Assembly: GCA_045542335.1 (NCBI GenBank)
Contig: JAZQKV010000086.1
Location: 69,348-133,347 of the forward strand
DNA length: 64,000 nucleotides
Source: Eubacteriales bacterium
Lineage (GTDB): Bacteria > Bacillota > Clostridia > Oscillospirales > CAG-382
Reading direction: 5' to 3'
In this document: one piece after another, positions 1-9,938 of the stretch
Position numbering within the stretch: the stretch's first letter is position 1
Layout: each line of letters opens with the position of its first letter
Made by a program: the position numbers and the translations under genes
The notes under the pieces: generated by a model
Databases searched by the model: none
Seen by the model: the letters and a program-made list of their open reading frames with translations, nothing else
Told to the model about the DNA's origin: nothing

Positions 1-2
1 CA

Positions 3-140
3 ACGGATGTCAAGGGCGGTCACGATTTTGGTCTTGACACCTGCCTTGTCACTTGGGGAAACCCCTCTGTTGACAGGAGCCTTGCGACCTTTGTTGCAAA
101 AAATCTTGCGGAAGCGAAAAAAATATGTTTGTCCGAATAA
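3..140 (+). CDS. HAD-superfamily hydrolase, C-terminal fragment (runs off window start)
   Basis: Frame from nt 3 reads TDVKGGHDFGLDTCLVTWG...ATFVAKNLAEAKKICLSE*, resembling HAD motif IV (D..GG...G..T..V.WG) and the usual C-terminal tail. Confidence 0.6.
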   Translation, partial: TDVKGGHDFGLDTCLVTWGNPSVDRSLATFVAKNLAEAKKICLSE

Positions 141-615
141 CAAAGCATAAAAATATTTTTAGAACACTTGATTTAATTTTGTGGCTTTTGTGTCCTATAA
201 ATATGACAAATGGCGTTATTTAATCGTTCAAATTTAACAAAAATGTGTCCATTTGGCACAAATCGGAATGGCTTTGCGGTTTTTCATCATTTAACACAAC
301 GGCAATATTTTTAAGTCGAATTTGCCGTTTTTTTGCCATTGTTAAAACTTTGACAGAACAGGCGTGCTTTGAAAGTCACAAAGCGCAACATTTTTCTTAA
401 CTTTTTATTTTTATTTAAGCACATCTAAGTTTACTTTGTAAACTAAAAACGAACTTTTTAAAATTTAGTTGGACTTCAAATGATATACACAAAAAGGTGC
501 TACAATATTCTGCAAGAGGATAAAAGCATAGTGTGCGTCATGCACATAAACCATTTACTCACTTGCACTGCAAACATTCCAGGCACTTTTACTTATCATG
601 AGAGGTTTCAATTTT

Positions 616-1167
616 ATGAGGTTGTTTATTTCGGTTAATTTTGACTCAGAAACAAAGGATGCCCTTTGTAATCATATAGAAAAGCTTCGTGAAGTTTCGG
701 AAAAGGGAAATTTCACAAGACGGGATAATCTTCATCTCACACTTGTTTTCATCGGAGAAACCACGCAAATCGGCGCAATTGTGGACACCATTGACACAAT
801 AAATATGGAAGAATTCTCAATCATGCTTGAGGGAATGGGCAAGTTCAAGCGCTCGGGCGGAGATATATATTGGGTAGGTGTTGAAAAATGTCAGCCGCTT
901 GTGATTCTCCACAAGTTCCTTTACCGCAGCCTTGTAAGAAAAGGCATTTCCCTTGACAAAAATGATTTTAAACCGCACCTCACTCTTGGCAGAGAGGTCG
1001 TCCTGAAAGACGGAATCGACAAAAGTATTCTTGACGATGTTAAATATGATAAGGAAATCAAGGTGAGCCGTGTAAGTCTTATGAAATCCGAAAGACAGCG
1101 TGACGGCGTTGTTTACACCGAAATATACGCCAAAGAGCTTATTAAACACAATTTCGCAGAAATGTAA
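616..1167 (+). CDS. thpR: RNA 2',3'-cyclic phosphodiesterase (2H phosphoesterase, LigT/ThpR)
   Basis: MRLFIS start, two HxT motifs (NLHLTL, KPHLTL), C-terminal LMKS...YT; GAGG RBS upstream of ATG 616. Confidence 0.9.
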   Translation: MRLFISVNFDSETKDALCNHIEKLREVSEKGNFTRRDNLHLTLVFIGETTQIGAIVDTIDTINMEEFSIMLEGMGKFKRSGGDIYWVGVEKCQPLVILHKFLYRSLVRKGISLDKNDFKPHLTLGREVVLKDGIDKSILDDVKYDKEIKVSRVSLMKSERQRDGVVYTEIYAKELIKHNFAEM

Positions 1168-1171
1168 GTAT

Positions 1172-1204
1172 AGTCCTGTGTCATAACACAGGACTTTATT
1201 TTTT
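1172..1204 (+). terminator. Rho-independent terminator
   Basis: AGTCCTGTG-loop-CACAGGACT followed by T tract. Confidence 0.8.
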
Positions 1205-1328
1205 GTAAAATGAAGAAAAATTCATAGTATCGGCATTGAACTGCACGATTCTTTGTGATATAATTTATTCTCATATTGAAAAAATGCAAATTAAATTTGT
1301 TTTGGATTTTTTGAAAGGATAGACATAT

Positions 1329-2270
1329 ATGTCCGCAGAAATCTCCAGCTATACAGCCACGGCAATTTTGCCCGTTTTCATCGTTATATTTATAGGAATA
1401 TTCTTAAACAGACTTGGCTTCTTCTCACAAAAAACAAAGGATGAAATTGTAAAGCTTGTGTTTTACGTCGGCACGCCCTGCCTTATTTTCAAAAGCACGG
1501 CTACGGCAAATTTTTCTCAAGCCTTTGATTCAAAATTCATAGGCTTTGCCATAGCAATGATTTTTGTGCTTATTGCACTTCTCATTGCCATATGCTCTTT
1601 TATAAAGGATCCTGCAAAAAAAGCGGCAGTGATACAGATAAGCTATCGTTCAAACTTTGCAATTGCCGGAATGCCCATTGCAATGAACCTCATGGGCGAC
1701 GAAGGAGTTTCTCTGACGGCGCTTACGCTTTCCTTTGTGGTGCTTATTTACAATGTAACTGCGGTTGCCATTCTTTCGTACTATTGCGGCAAGAGCAAAA
1801 GTATAACAAGCGTTATGGTCAACATGGCGAAAAATCCGCTTCTCATTGCCACAATAATCGGACTTTCGTGGTCGCTCATCGGAATACCAATGCCCTCGGT
1901 GCTTGGTTCAACAGTTTCCACGCTCGGAGATATTGCTTCAAGCCTCGGGCTTCTCATAATCGGTGCTTCAATCACGGTTAAGGGGTTGAAAGCTGACAGA
2001 TTTTACATACTTCTTTCAGTATTTCTTCGCAATGTGTTCTCCCCCCTTCTCATGCTAACTGCAGGTTATTTTGCAGGCTTCCGCGGAGACAGCATGCTTG
2101 TGCTTGCCGTAATGTCCTCAACGCCTGCGGCGGTAAACTGTTTTGCCATGGCAAAGCAAATGGGAGCAGATGCCGAAATATCAGCTTATGGTGTTTCTTT
2201 CACAAGCATTTTCAGCGTTGTCAGCGTGTTTGTTTCGGTTTATATAATAAAAATCCTTGGAATCGCCTGA
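1329..2270 (+). CDS. AEC (auxin efflux carrier) family transporter
   Basis: ~10 hydrophobic segments; motifs VFYVGTPCLIF, SNFAIAGMP, KNPLLIA, STPAAVN. Confidence 0.85.
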   Translation: MSAEISSYTATAILPVFIVIFIGIFLNRLGFFSQKTKDEIVKLVFYVGTPCLIFKSTATANFSQAFDSKFIGFAIAMIFVLIALLIAICSFIKDPAKKAAVIQISYRSNFAIAGMPIAMNLMGDEGVSLTALTLSFVVLIYNVTAVAILSYYCGKSKSITSVMVNMAKNPLLIATIIGLSWSLIGIPMPSVLGSTVSTLGDIASSLGLLIIGASITVKGLKADRFYILLSVFLRNVFSPLLMLTAGYFAGFRGDSMLVLAVMSSTPAAVNCFAMAKQMGADAEISAYGVSFTSIFSVVSVFVSVYIIKILGIA

Positions 2271-2326
2271 TTCAATGCATTTGCCGGAACACTTTTTTCG
2301 GTGTTTAAATATTAACGCAATATCTA

Positions 2327-2355
2327 TTGACTTTTCACGATGGATAGATTATAAT
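2327..2355 (+). promoter_or_regulatory. SigA-type promoter for sufC/sufB-like pair
   Basis: TTGACT-17 bp-TATAAT; overlapped by inverted repeat ATCTAT...ATAGAT (2322-2349). Confidence 0.7.
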
Positions 2356-2434
2356 GTATTGGTGGGAAATGTGAGATTTTTCACAAACTTTTAGAACTTC
2401 ATATTCGTACACAAACGAAAGGAACGATATAAAA

Positions 2435-3169
2435 ATGCTGGAACTTAAAAATATACGTTGGAAGCTTGACAGCGGCGAACAAATTCTCAAGGGCATCGAC
2501 CTTAAAATCCCCGACGGCAAGCTCACAGTTGTAACCGGTCCCAACGGAGGCGGCAAAACTTCTCTCGCAAAGGTTATTTCCGGACTTTACACTCAATCCG
2601 ATGGTAACATTCTCCTTGACGGCAAGGATATAACGGGAATGAATATAACCGAACGTGCAAAAAACGGAATTGCATATGCGTTTCAACAGCCTGTACGCTT
2701 CAAGGGTCTCACAATCCGCGATCTGCTTGAACTTTCAGCTGAGCGTGAGCTTTCCGAAGATCAGGTTTGTGAATACTTGAGCAAGGTTGGACTTTGCGCA
2801 CACGATTACATAAACCGGGAAGTAAACGCAAATCTTTCAGGCGGTGAAAGCAAGCGAATCGAAATTGCAACCGTTCTTGCAAGAAAAGACGCAAAAGTGC
2901 TCGTGTTTGATGAGCCGGAGGCAGGAATTGACCTGTGGAGCTTTTCAAGCCTTATTGACGCCTTCAAGGCAATCAAGGCAGACAGCACACGTTCGTTGCT
3001 TATAATTTCGCATCAGGAAAGAATCATGGAAATTGCCGACAGAATCGTCGTTATTGCCGACGGCAAGGTGAGAACAGAGGGAACAAGAATGCAGGTTCTG
3101 CCCTCTCTGCTCAGCGGTGAAAAGCAAAGACTTTGTCCTCTTGAAAAGGACGAGAAAGGAGAGTGTTAA
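2435..3169 (+). CDS. SufC-like ABC ATPase (Fe-S assembly)
   Basis: Walker A GPNGGGKT, FQQP, LSGGE signature, DEPEAGID, ISHQ; adjacent to SufB/D-family gene. Confidence 0.85.
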   Translation: MLELKNIRWKLDSGEQILKGIDLKIPDGKLTVVTGPNGGGKTSLAKVISGLYTQSDGNILLDGKDITGMNITERAKNGIAYAFQQPVRFKGLTIRDLLELSAERELSEDQVCEYLSKVGLCAHDYINREVNANLSGGESKRIEIATVLARKDAKVLVFDEPEAGIDLWSFSSLIDAFKAIKADSTRSLLIISHQERIMEIADRIVVIADGKVRTEGTRMQVLPSLLSGEKQRLCPLEKDEKGEC

Positions 3170-3171
3170 AG

Positions 3172-4110
3172 ATGTCCGAAAAGGTTGAAATGAAAAAGAC
3201 CACCAAAGAGCTTCTCAAAGAAGTTTCCGATTGGGACGAAAACGCTCTCAAAGGAGCTTATAACATTCGTGAGGACAGCGGATGCGCCGCAAGAAAGTCC
3301 ACGAAAAACATAAAAATCGAATCCAAAAAGGATGCTCCCGGAATTGTCATTCACATAAGTGCCGAAACCGCCGGTGAATCCGTTTACATTCCCGCCTGCA
3401 TCACACATTCCGGTGTTGACGACCTTGTTTACAATGACTTTATCATCGAAGATGGTGCAGATGTTGTGATAGTTGCAGGTTGCGGAGTTCACTCCGAGGG
3501 TGAGGACGACTCACGCCACAGCGGTGTTCACAGATTCTTTGTTGGCAAAGACGCAAAGGTGGTTTATAAAGAAAAACACCTCGGCACAGGCAAAGGAAAG
3601 GGTGCAAAGAAGATTGACCCTGTGACAGATGTAATCATGGCAGAGAATTCACATCTTGAAATGGACACAACACAAATCGGCGGTGTGACCTCCTCCGACA
3701 GAAAGACAACAGCAAAGCTTGCCGCAGGCGCAAAACTCATCATTCGTGAAAGACTCATGACCGACGGTGACCAGGTGGCAAAATCCGATTTCCTTGTTGA
3801 GCTTTGTGGCGACGACAGCGCAGTTGACCTTATTTCCCGTTCTGTTGCAAAGGGCAATTCCTATCAGGATTATCATTCGGTTCTCAAAGGAAACTGCCGT
3901 TGCACAGGACATTCAGAGTGTGATGCAATTCTCGCTGACAACGGCAAGGTAAACGCCGCACCCGAACTCTATGCAGGCTCTCTCGATGCTTCGCTTATTC
4001 ACGAAGCCGCTATCGGAAAAATCGCAGGCGAGCAGATTATAAAGCTTCGCACACTCGGACTTACGGAGCAGGAAGCAGAAAGAAAAATCATTGACGGATT
4101 TTTGAGATAA
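3172..4110 (+). CDS. SufB/SufD-family Fe-S assembly scaffold
   Basis: AGCG..H, GHSECDAIL, LIHEAAIGKI...LRTLGLTEQEAE..IIDGFL C-terminal SufB signature. Confidence 0.85.
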   Translation: MSEKVEMKKTTKELLKEVSDWDENALKGAYNIREDSGCAARKSTKNIKIESKKDAPGIVIHISAETAGESVYIPACITHSGVDDLVYNDFIIEDGADVVIVAGCGVHSEGEDDSRHSGVHRFFVGKDAKVVYKEKHLGTGKGKGAKKIDPVTDVIMAENSHLEMDTTQIGGVTSSDRKTTAKLAAGAKLIIRERLMTDGDQVAKSDFLVELCGDDSAVDLISRSVAKGNSYQDYHSVLKGNCRCTGHSECDAILADNGKVNAAPELYAGSLDASLIHEAAIGKIAGEQIIKLRTLGLTEQEAERKIIDGFLR

Positions 4111-4123
4111 CTAAATAATTTTA

Positions 4124-4158
4124 AAGCCTGTATCTGGCATCGTGTCAGATACAGGCTT
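4124..4158. terminator. Bidirectional terminator hairpin between convergent genes
   Basis: AAGCCTGTATCTG...CAGATACAGGCTT. Confidence 0.75.
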
Positions 4159-4177
4159 GCATTTTTATGTATGGGGT

Positions 4178-5485
4178 TCACACTTCTCCAAGAATGAGTC
4201 TGCGCTTTGAGTTGCAGTCAAAGGCATCGCCGTACTCAATTGCCCCCTCAAAACGTGTTGCGGCATTGGCAATTCTGCTCTCATCCGAGGTGTGAAGCAC
4301 AGCAACAACATCCCCTTTGTTCACCTTATCGCCAACGGTTTTTTCAAGAATTATACCTGCAGAAAAGTCAATTTTATCGTCCTTTTTAATTCTTCCTGCG
4401 CCAAGAAGCAACGAGGCATTGCCTATCTCCTCGCTGTCGGCACGGGTTATGTATCCATCCCTTGCAGCAAGAATCTCATGTTTGAAAGTCGCCTCAGGAA
4501 GTCCGCAGAGATTACCCCCCTGGGTTTTTATCCATTCTTCAAACTTTGCGTATGCCTTTCCGCTGTCAAGGCTATCCTCTACCATTTTTGTGCTTTCTTC
4601 AACGCCAATTCCATGAGTTGCCGCAACCATTCTTGAAGCAATTGCAACGCAGATTTCCCGGAGTGCGCCCCTCTCTCTGCCGCAAAGCACCTCAATCGCC
4701 TCTTTCACTTCAAGGCTGTTTCCGATTGCTTTCCCAAGCGGAACATCCATATCCGTCAAAAGCGCACGGACATTTCTTCCGCACATTTTTCCAATGCTCA
4801 CCATGCTTTCGGCAAGAGCCTTTGCCTCGTCAAAGCTTTTCATAAAAGCTCCGCTTCCCACCTTTACGTCAAGAACAATGGAATGTGAGCCTGCGGCAAG
4901 CTTTTTGCTCATAATACTTGAAGCAATAAGCGGCAAACTTTCAACCGTAGCCGTGACGCTTCTCAGTGAATAAAGCTTTTTGTCCGCAGGGGCAAAGTTA
5001 CCTGTCTGACCAACAACGCAGATTCCGATTTTTTCAGACTGCGCCTTGAATTCTTCCGGCGTCATATCAACACGATAGCCCGGAATTGATTCAAGCTTGT
5101 CAACCGTGCCTCCCGTATGCCCCAAGGCTCTACCCGACATTTTGGCAACAATACAGCCAAGACTTGCAGCAATGGGCGCAACAATAAGCGTGGTTTTGTC
5201 ACCCACGCCACCGGTGCTGTGCTTGTCGCAGGAAAGTGTTCCGAACTGTGAAAGGTCGGCGCTGTCCCCGGAGGCTGCCATTGCAAGAGTGAGGTCGGCG
5301 GTTTCACGGGGTGTCATACCACGAAAAAACACACTCATTGCAAAAGCACTCATCATATAATCCTTTATTTCATCATTCACATAACCGGAAATGAGAAATT
5401 CTATTTCCTCTTTGGTAAGTTCCGCACCGTCACGTTTCTTCTTTATAACGTCATAAGGAGTCATGGCAATTGTGTTTTTATTCAT
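4178..5485 (-). CDS. pdp: Pyrimidine-nucleoside (thymidine) phosphorylase
   Basis: KKRDG, DKHSTGGVGDK, KMSGRALGHTGGT.DKLESIPG, SIMSKK, DVKVGSGAFMK. Confidence 0.95.
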   Translation of the reverse strand: MNKNTIAMTPYDVIKKKRDGAELTKEEIEFLISGYVNDEIKDYMMSAFAMSVFFRGMTPRETADLTLAMAASGDSADLSQFGTLSCDKHSTGGVGDKTTLIVAPIAASLGCIVAKMSGRALGHTGGTVDKLESIPGYRVDMTPEEFKAQSEKIGICVVGQTGNFAPADKKLYSLRSVTATVESLPLIASSIMSKKLAAGSHSIVLDVKVGSGAFMKSFDEAKALAESMVSIGKMCGRNVRALLTDMDVPLGKAIGNSLEVKEAIEVLCGRERGALREICVAIASRMVAATHGIGVEESTKMVEDSLDSGKAYAKFEEWIKTQGGNLCGLPEATFKHEILAARDGYITRADSEEIGNASLLLGAGRIKKDDKIDFSAGIILEKTVGDKVNKGDVVAVLHTSDESRIANAATRFEGAIEYGDAFDCNSKRRLILGEV

Positions 5486-5511
5486 GAAACAGCACCTCTT
5501 TCAGTTTTTTC

Positions 5512-6309
5512 TTATATACCCATATTCTTAAACTCATTCCTATATTCCCCCGGAGTGTAACCAGTTTTCTGCCTGAAAGCACGGCAAAAATGGTACAAAC
5601 TTGCGTATCCGCACGCATCTGAAACTTCCGAAACAGAAAGATTCTCTGAAACAAGCATTTCCTTTGCCTTGTTTATACGCACCTGCTGTATATATTGTTT
5701 TGGAGAAATCCCAAGGTTCTGCCTGAACAGCTTTGTAAAATAAACCTCGCTTATTCCTCCATTTTGCGCAATAACTGAGTTTGTAAGTTCAGGTGACGAT
5801 ATATTTTCCTCAAGATACTTAATCGCAGGTCTCAAAACCGTCGGCATATCACCTTTTCCAAAAACTTCATCCCCAACATCTCCGCTTGCCATTGACAGCA
5901 TCTTATAAAACACAGACATAAGTCGGGCAAAATTATCGGGATTGTTAAGCGAATACATCTGTTCAAGAAGCTTGTGATGCTTTATGAAAACATCCGGATT
6001 CTTTATAGGTATCCTCAAAAAATCGCTATGGTGGAATGAATCAGTACATAAGAAATTAAGAAGAGTGAATCTACCGGGCTTTGTACATTCAAAATGATAT
6101 GTTCCGCCCATCGGCAATATTACAAGATGTCCCGGGTCAGACACTATATCCTTGCCGTTGTGGTGGTACACAATTTCTCCGTCAATCGCAAGAGACATTC
6201 CATACCATGCTCTTAAAACCATGTTTCTTTCAACACCCCGGTCATACTTTACGGTGAAAACATTTGTAATGTGAGTTGCGCAAATTGTGTTGAGAACGCT
6301 TGTCGCCAT
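5512..6309 (-). CDS. AraC-family transcriptional regulator
   Basis: C-terminal double HTH (ISEVYF..LF...LGISPKQY...RI.KAKEML...VSEVS..CGY..LYHF.R.F...TG.TP.EYR). Confidence 0.9.
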   Translation of the reverse strand: MATSVLNTICATHITNVFTVKYDRGVERNMVLRAWYGMSLAIDGEIVYHHNGKDIVSDPGHLVILPMGGTYHFECTKPGRFTLLNFLCTDSFHHSDFLRIPIKNPDVFIKHHKLLEQMYSLNNPDNFARLMSVFYKMLSMASGDVGDEVFGKGDMPTVLRPAIKYLEENISSPELTNSVIAQNGGISEVYFTKLFRQNLGISPKQYIQQVRINKAKEMLVSENLSVSEVSDACGYASLYHFCRAFRQKTGYTPGEYRNEFKNMGI

Positions 6310-6480
6310 GTGTCACCCACCTCTCCTCTGCATTTTGATTATATAACACTTTTGTGTCTATTTACACCATGGTTTGTAAATTAGTATCGTAAATGTTAAA
6401 TATTTATTGTTTTGCCCATTTACATCTGATACAATCCATGTTATACTTACAATGTAAATCAAGGTTTACGGAGGTACATA

Positions 6481-7269
6481 ATGGCAAAAAAATTCACTTC
6501 GTTTCTTGGCAACGAGAGACCAATTCTCACAACAATGGTAATTGCCAACACCCAAGAAGCCGTAATTGAAAAAATGAAAAAGGCAATAAATATCGGCACA
6601 GATGCTTTCTGCTTTCAGATGGAGGGACTTGAAACAAAGTACAAGACCACTTCGTGTATAAAGGAAATTATCGATTCTGCAGAGGGAAGACCAATTTATA
6701 TCACAAACTACCGTAACGGCAATCCTCAGCTCAAGGAAAAGCCTTGCGGCGATGAGCTTCTTGCAGAACAGCTCCTCATGGCTCTTGAATGCGGAGCAAA
6801 GCTCATTGACATAAGAGGCGATATGTTCTGCCCATGTGAGGGTGAGCTTACCATGGACAAGGATGCCGTGGAAAAGCAGATGAAATTTATAAAGCAAGTC
6901 AAGGATAAGGGCGGAGAGGTGCTTATGTCCTCACACGTTCTCAAATTCACCCCCCTTGAAAAAACGCTTCAGATTGCCTATGCTCAACAGTCCCGTGGAA
7001 CTGATATTGTAAAAATCGTAACTGCCGCAACAAGCGAGGCGGAGGTCCTTGAAAATTTTGAGATTACATCAAAGCTCGGACGTGTGCTTGATGTTCCCTA
7101 TCTTTTCCTCTGCGGTGGCTCGCACCGCTTAAAGCACAGGCTTCTCGGTCCTGCCATTGCAAACAGCATATATCTTACCACAACAGAATATGCCGAAGAT
7201 TTTACGCAGCCTCCCCTTGATATGGCAAAGGCTGTGCTTGCGGCGGCAGGCTACACGGACCTTCCGTAA
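6481..7269 (+). CDS. Type I 3-dehydroquinate dehydratase-like TIM-barrel protein (divergent)
   Basis: TNYR, LIDI, VLMSSH and DIVKIV motifs match type I DHQase His/Lys positions. Confidence 0.6.
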   Translation: MAKKFTSFLGNERPILTTMVIANTQEAVIEKMKKAINIGTDAFCFQMEGLETKYKTTSCIKEIIDSAEGRPIYITNYRNGNPQLKEKPCGDELLAEQLLMALECGAKLIDIRGDMFCPCEGELTMDKDAVEKQMKFIKQVKDKGGEVLMSSHVLKFTPLEKTLQIAYAQQSRGTDIVKIVTAATSEAEVLENFEITSKLGRVLDVPYLFLCGGSHRLKHRLLGPAIANSIYLTTTEYAEDFTQPPLDMAKAVLAAAGYTDLP

Positions 7270-7301
7270 TCATAAAACTTTATATAAAGAGGTACATATC
7301 C

Positions 7302-8309
7302 ATGAAGAAAATACTTGTAATAGGTGCGACAGGTGCAATGGGCACCTATCTTGTCCCCGAGCTTATAAGGAGAGGCTATGCCGTTGATGCCGCATCCCTC
7401 GACGAAATGAGCTACACCCATCCGAATCTCCGCCACATCAAAGAGAATATGTTTGACCCGGACACCTTAAAGTCTGTGCTTGCAAATGGATATGATGCAG
7501 TCGTTGACTTTCTCATATACAACAAAAAGGAAAAGTTTGAAGCAGTCATGCCCCTTTTCCTTGAAGCAACAAAGCACTACATTTACCTGTCAACCTACCG
7601 CATATACGCAGGCGAATACCCAATAACCGAAGATTCTCCGCGTCTTATCGATGTGACGGATGACGAGGTTTTGTTAAACTCCGGCGACTATTGCATTTAC
7701 AAAGCCGAGGGAGAGAATGTCCTCAGAGCATCTTCCTACGACAACTGGACAATCATCCGCCCTGCCATAACCTTTTCCAAGAGAAGATTCCAGCTCACGA
7801 CCCTTGAAGCAAATGTCCTCATGTACCGCATTTTCAATCACAAGACGGTGGTACTTCCCGAAGCGGCAATGGACATTCAGGCGACTATGACCTGGGCAGG
7901 CGACGTTGCAAAAATGATTGCCGGACTTCTTTTCAACCCCAAGGCGTATAAAGAGGCTTTCACCGTTTCCACAAACGAGCATCACACCTGGCGTGAGGTT
8001 GCAGGCATCTACGAAAGAATCTGCGGACTTAAATACGTCACCGCCTCAACCGACGATTACGTTCACATTCTTTCGGGTACAAACAACGTCAATACCCGTC
8101 AGCAGCTTATTTACGACAGATGCTTCAACCGTGTAATCGACAACAGCAAGATTCTCTCCGTAACGGGCATGAAAGAACAGGATCTCACGCCCATAGAAAT
8201 TGCACTCCGCATGGAATTTGCAAATCTCATGCCCGGTGACATTCCCCATTCCGTTGAGATTAACGAGAGAATGGACGAATACCTCAAGGCTCATGGCATA
8301 GAAGAATAA
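7302..8309 (+). CDS. NAD-dependent epimerase/dehydratase (extended SDR)
   Basis: N-terminal GATGAMG Rossmann motif, YLST, YxxxK (YCIYK), IIRP. Confidence 0.85.
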   Translation: MKKILVIGATGAMGTYLVPELIRRGYAVDAASLDEMSYTHPNLRHIKENMFDPDTLKSVLANGYDAVVDFLIYNKKEKFEAVMPLFLEATKHYIYLSTYRIYAGEYPITEDSPRLIDVTDDEVLLNSGDYCIYKAEGENVLRASSYDNWTIIRPAITFSKRRFQLTTLEANVLMYRIFNHKTVVLPEAAMDIQATMTWAGDVAKMIAGLLFNPKAYKEAFTVSTNEHHTWREVAGIYERICGLKYVTASTDDYVHILSGTNNVNTRQQLIYDRCFNRVIDNSKILSVTGMKEQDLTPIEIALRMEFANLMPGDIPHSVEINERMDEYLKAHGIEE

Positions 8310-8316
8310 TATAAAA

Positions 8317-8349
8317 ATCGGCTGAACCGAAAGCCTCGATTCAGCCGAT
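8317..8349. terminator. Bidirectional terminator
   Basis: ATCGGCTGAA...TTCAGCCGAT flanked by A/T tracts between convergent genes. Confidence 0.75.
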
Positions 8350-8361
8350 ACTTTTTATTCT

Positions 8362-9615
8362 TTACTGCTTCTTCAAATCCTTAAAAATAAATCTGAAAAC
8401 AAGGGAACAGACAACGCCTATGACGATCGCCACAACAAGGTCAAACACGACCGTTGCAACCATCGTTATGAGGAAGAGAAGAATCGCGCCGATTCTCTTG
8501 CCGCCGAACATCGCCTTGATTTCGTGCCACTCGTTCATTCTCCATGCCGTCACCATAAGCACGCCCGCAAGAGCCGCATTTGGAATGAGAGCCATTATAT
8601 CACCAAGAAGGAACATCGCCGCAATAAGCCAAAGGGCGTGGAAGATACCCGTAAGCCTTGTCTGTGCACCACTCTTTATGGCAACGCTTGTTCTCGCAAT
8701 CGCCGCTGTCGCAGGCACGCCGCCAAAGAAAGGAATAAGTATATTTCCTGCGCCCTGTGCAAGAAGCTCTATGTTTGCGTCAAAAGGCTCCTCCTTCATA
8801 CGGGATGCAGATGCTCCGCAAAGAAGGCTCTCAATCATGCCAAGTGCCGCAACGCTGAATGCAGGGGAAATGAGTGCAACCATTGTTTTTGGGTCAAGCT
8901 GTGCAAGTGAAAAACGCTGTTCAAGGAAAAGGGTCTTGGGGATTTCGCCGATTGTTGCGAACTTATCCGCACCTACGATTACGCAAACGATTGTCGCAAT
9001 AATAATACCCACAAGAGATGAAGGCACTTTTGCGTTCCACTTTTTGGGATATACAAGCATAACCACAACAACAAGAAGTCCTATGAGGACCGTGAAGATG
9101 TCGGGCGTAAATCCAAATTCGCCGTAAGAAATAAGCTTGTCAATTGCACTTTCGCCCTCGGAATGAGTACCGAAAAAGTTGTCGATCTGCCCCAGGGCAA
9201 TTATCACCGCAATACCAGAAGTAAAGCCTGTGATAACAGGAGCAGGGATAAAGGAAACAAGCTTTCCCACACGAAAGATTCCGCAAATAAGCAGAATAAC
9301 ACCCGCCATAAAGCAAACCGTAAACACGCCTTGAAGCAAATACTGTGCAACAATCGCTCCGAGTATTGCCGCCATAGCGCCTGTGGGACCGGAAATCTGG
9401 AATGAAGCTCCTGAAAATGCGCTTATTACAACGCCTGCCACAATTGCTGTAACAAGTCCTGCCGCCGCATCTGCTCCGCTTGCAACGCCAAAAGCAAGTG
9501 CAAGAGGAAGAGCCACCGCCGCAACTGTGAGTCCTGCAAGCAGATCTTTTATAAATTTCCCGCCATTGTAGCCGGAAAACTCACGCCTGAACATAGCCAC
9601 AAAGTTCTTTAACAT
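8362..9615 (-). CDS. SulP-family anion permease lacking STAS domain
   Basis: DLLAGLTVA.VALP.ALAF, ISGPTGAM, PVITGFTSGIA, ESLL, GGVPATAAIART; ends after last TM. Confidence 0.85.
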   Translation of the reverse strand: MLKNFVAMFRREFSGYNGGKFIKDLLAGLTVAAVALPLALAFGVASGADAAAGLVTAIVAGVVISAFSGASFQISGPTGAMAAILGAIVAQYLLQGVFTVCFMAGVILLICGIFRVGKLVSFIPAPVITGFTSGIAVIIALGQIDNFFGTHSEGESAIDKLISYGEFGFTPDIFTVLIGLLVVVVMLVYPKKWNAKVPSSLVGIIIATIVCVIVGADKFATIGEIPKTLFLEQRFSLAQLDPKTMVALISPAFSVAALGMIESLLCGASASRMKEEPFDANIELLAQGAGNILIPFFGGVPATAAIARTSVAIKSGAQTRLTGIFHALWLIAAMFLLGDIMALIPNAALAGVLMVTAWRMNEWHEIKAMFGGKRIGAILLFLITMVATVVFDLVVAIVIGVVCSLVFRFIFKDLKKQ

Positions 9616-9938
9616 ATTTAAGCCACTCCGTATAAAAATAGTGTCGGCAAATATTTTTTGCCGACAATTATTATACTACTTTATTCCACATTTGTCCATA
9701 TGGAAAAATCATGTATTTTTAGCTTTTTTTGCAATTTTTTTGTAGAAATTGTGCATTTTGCCGTTTTTTGCATGTATTGGCACAGTGTCACATCGTTCCC
9801 ACACAATCGCACAATCTTTCTCATGTCATATTTTCACACAATAAAAAAGGTAACAAATTGTTCTCCCGATAATGTTGCATTTTGCCTTTGACGACAGTAT
9901 AATAAAACCATAACCACTAAATGCGAAAGGAGCAAAAT

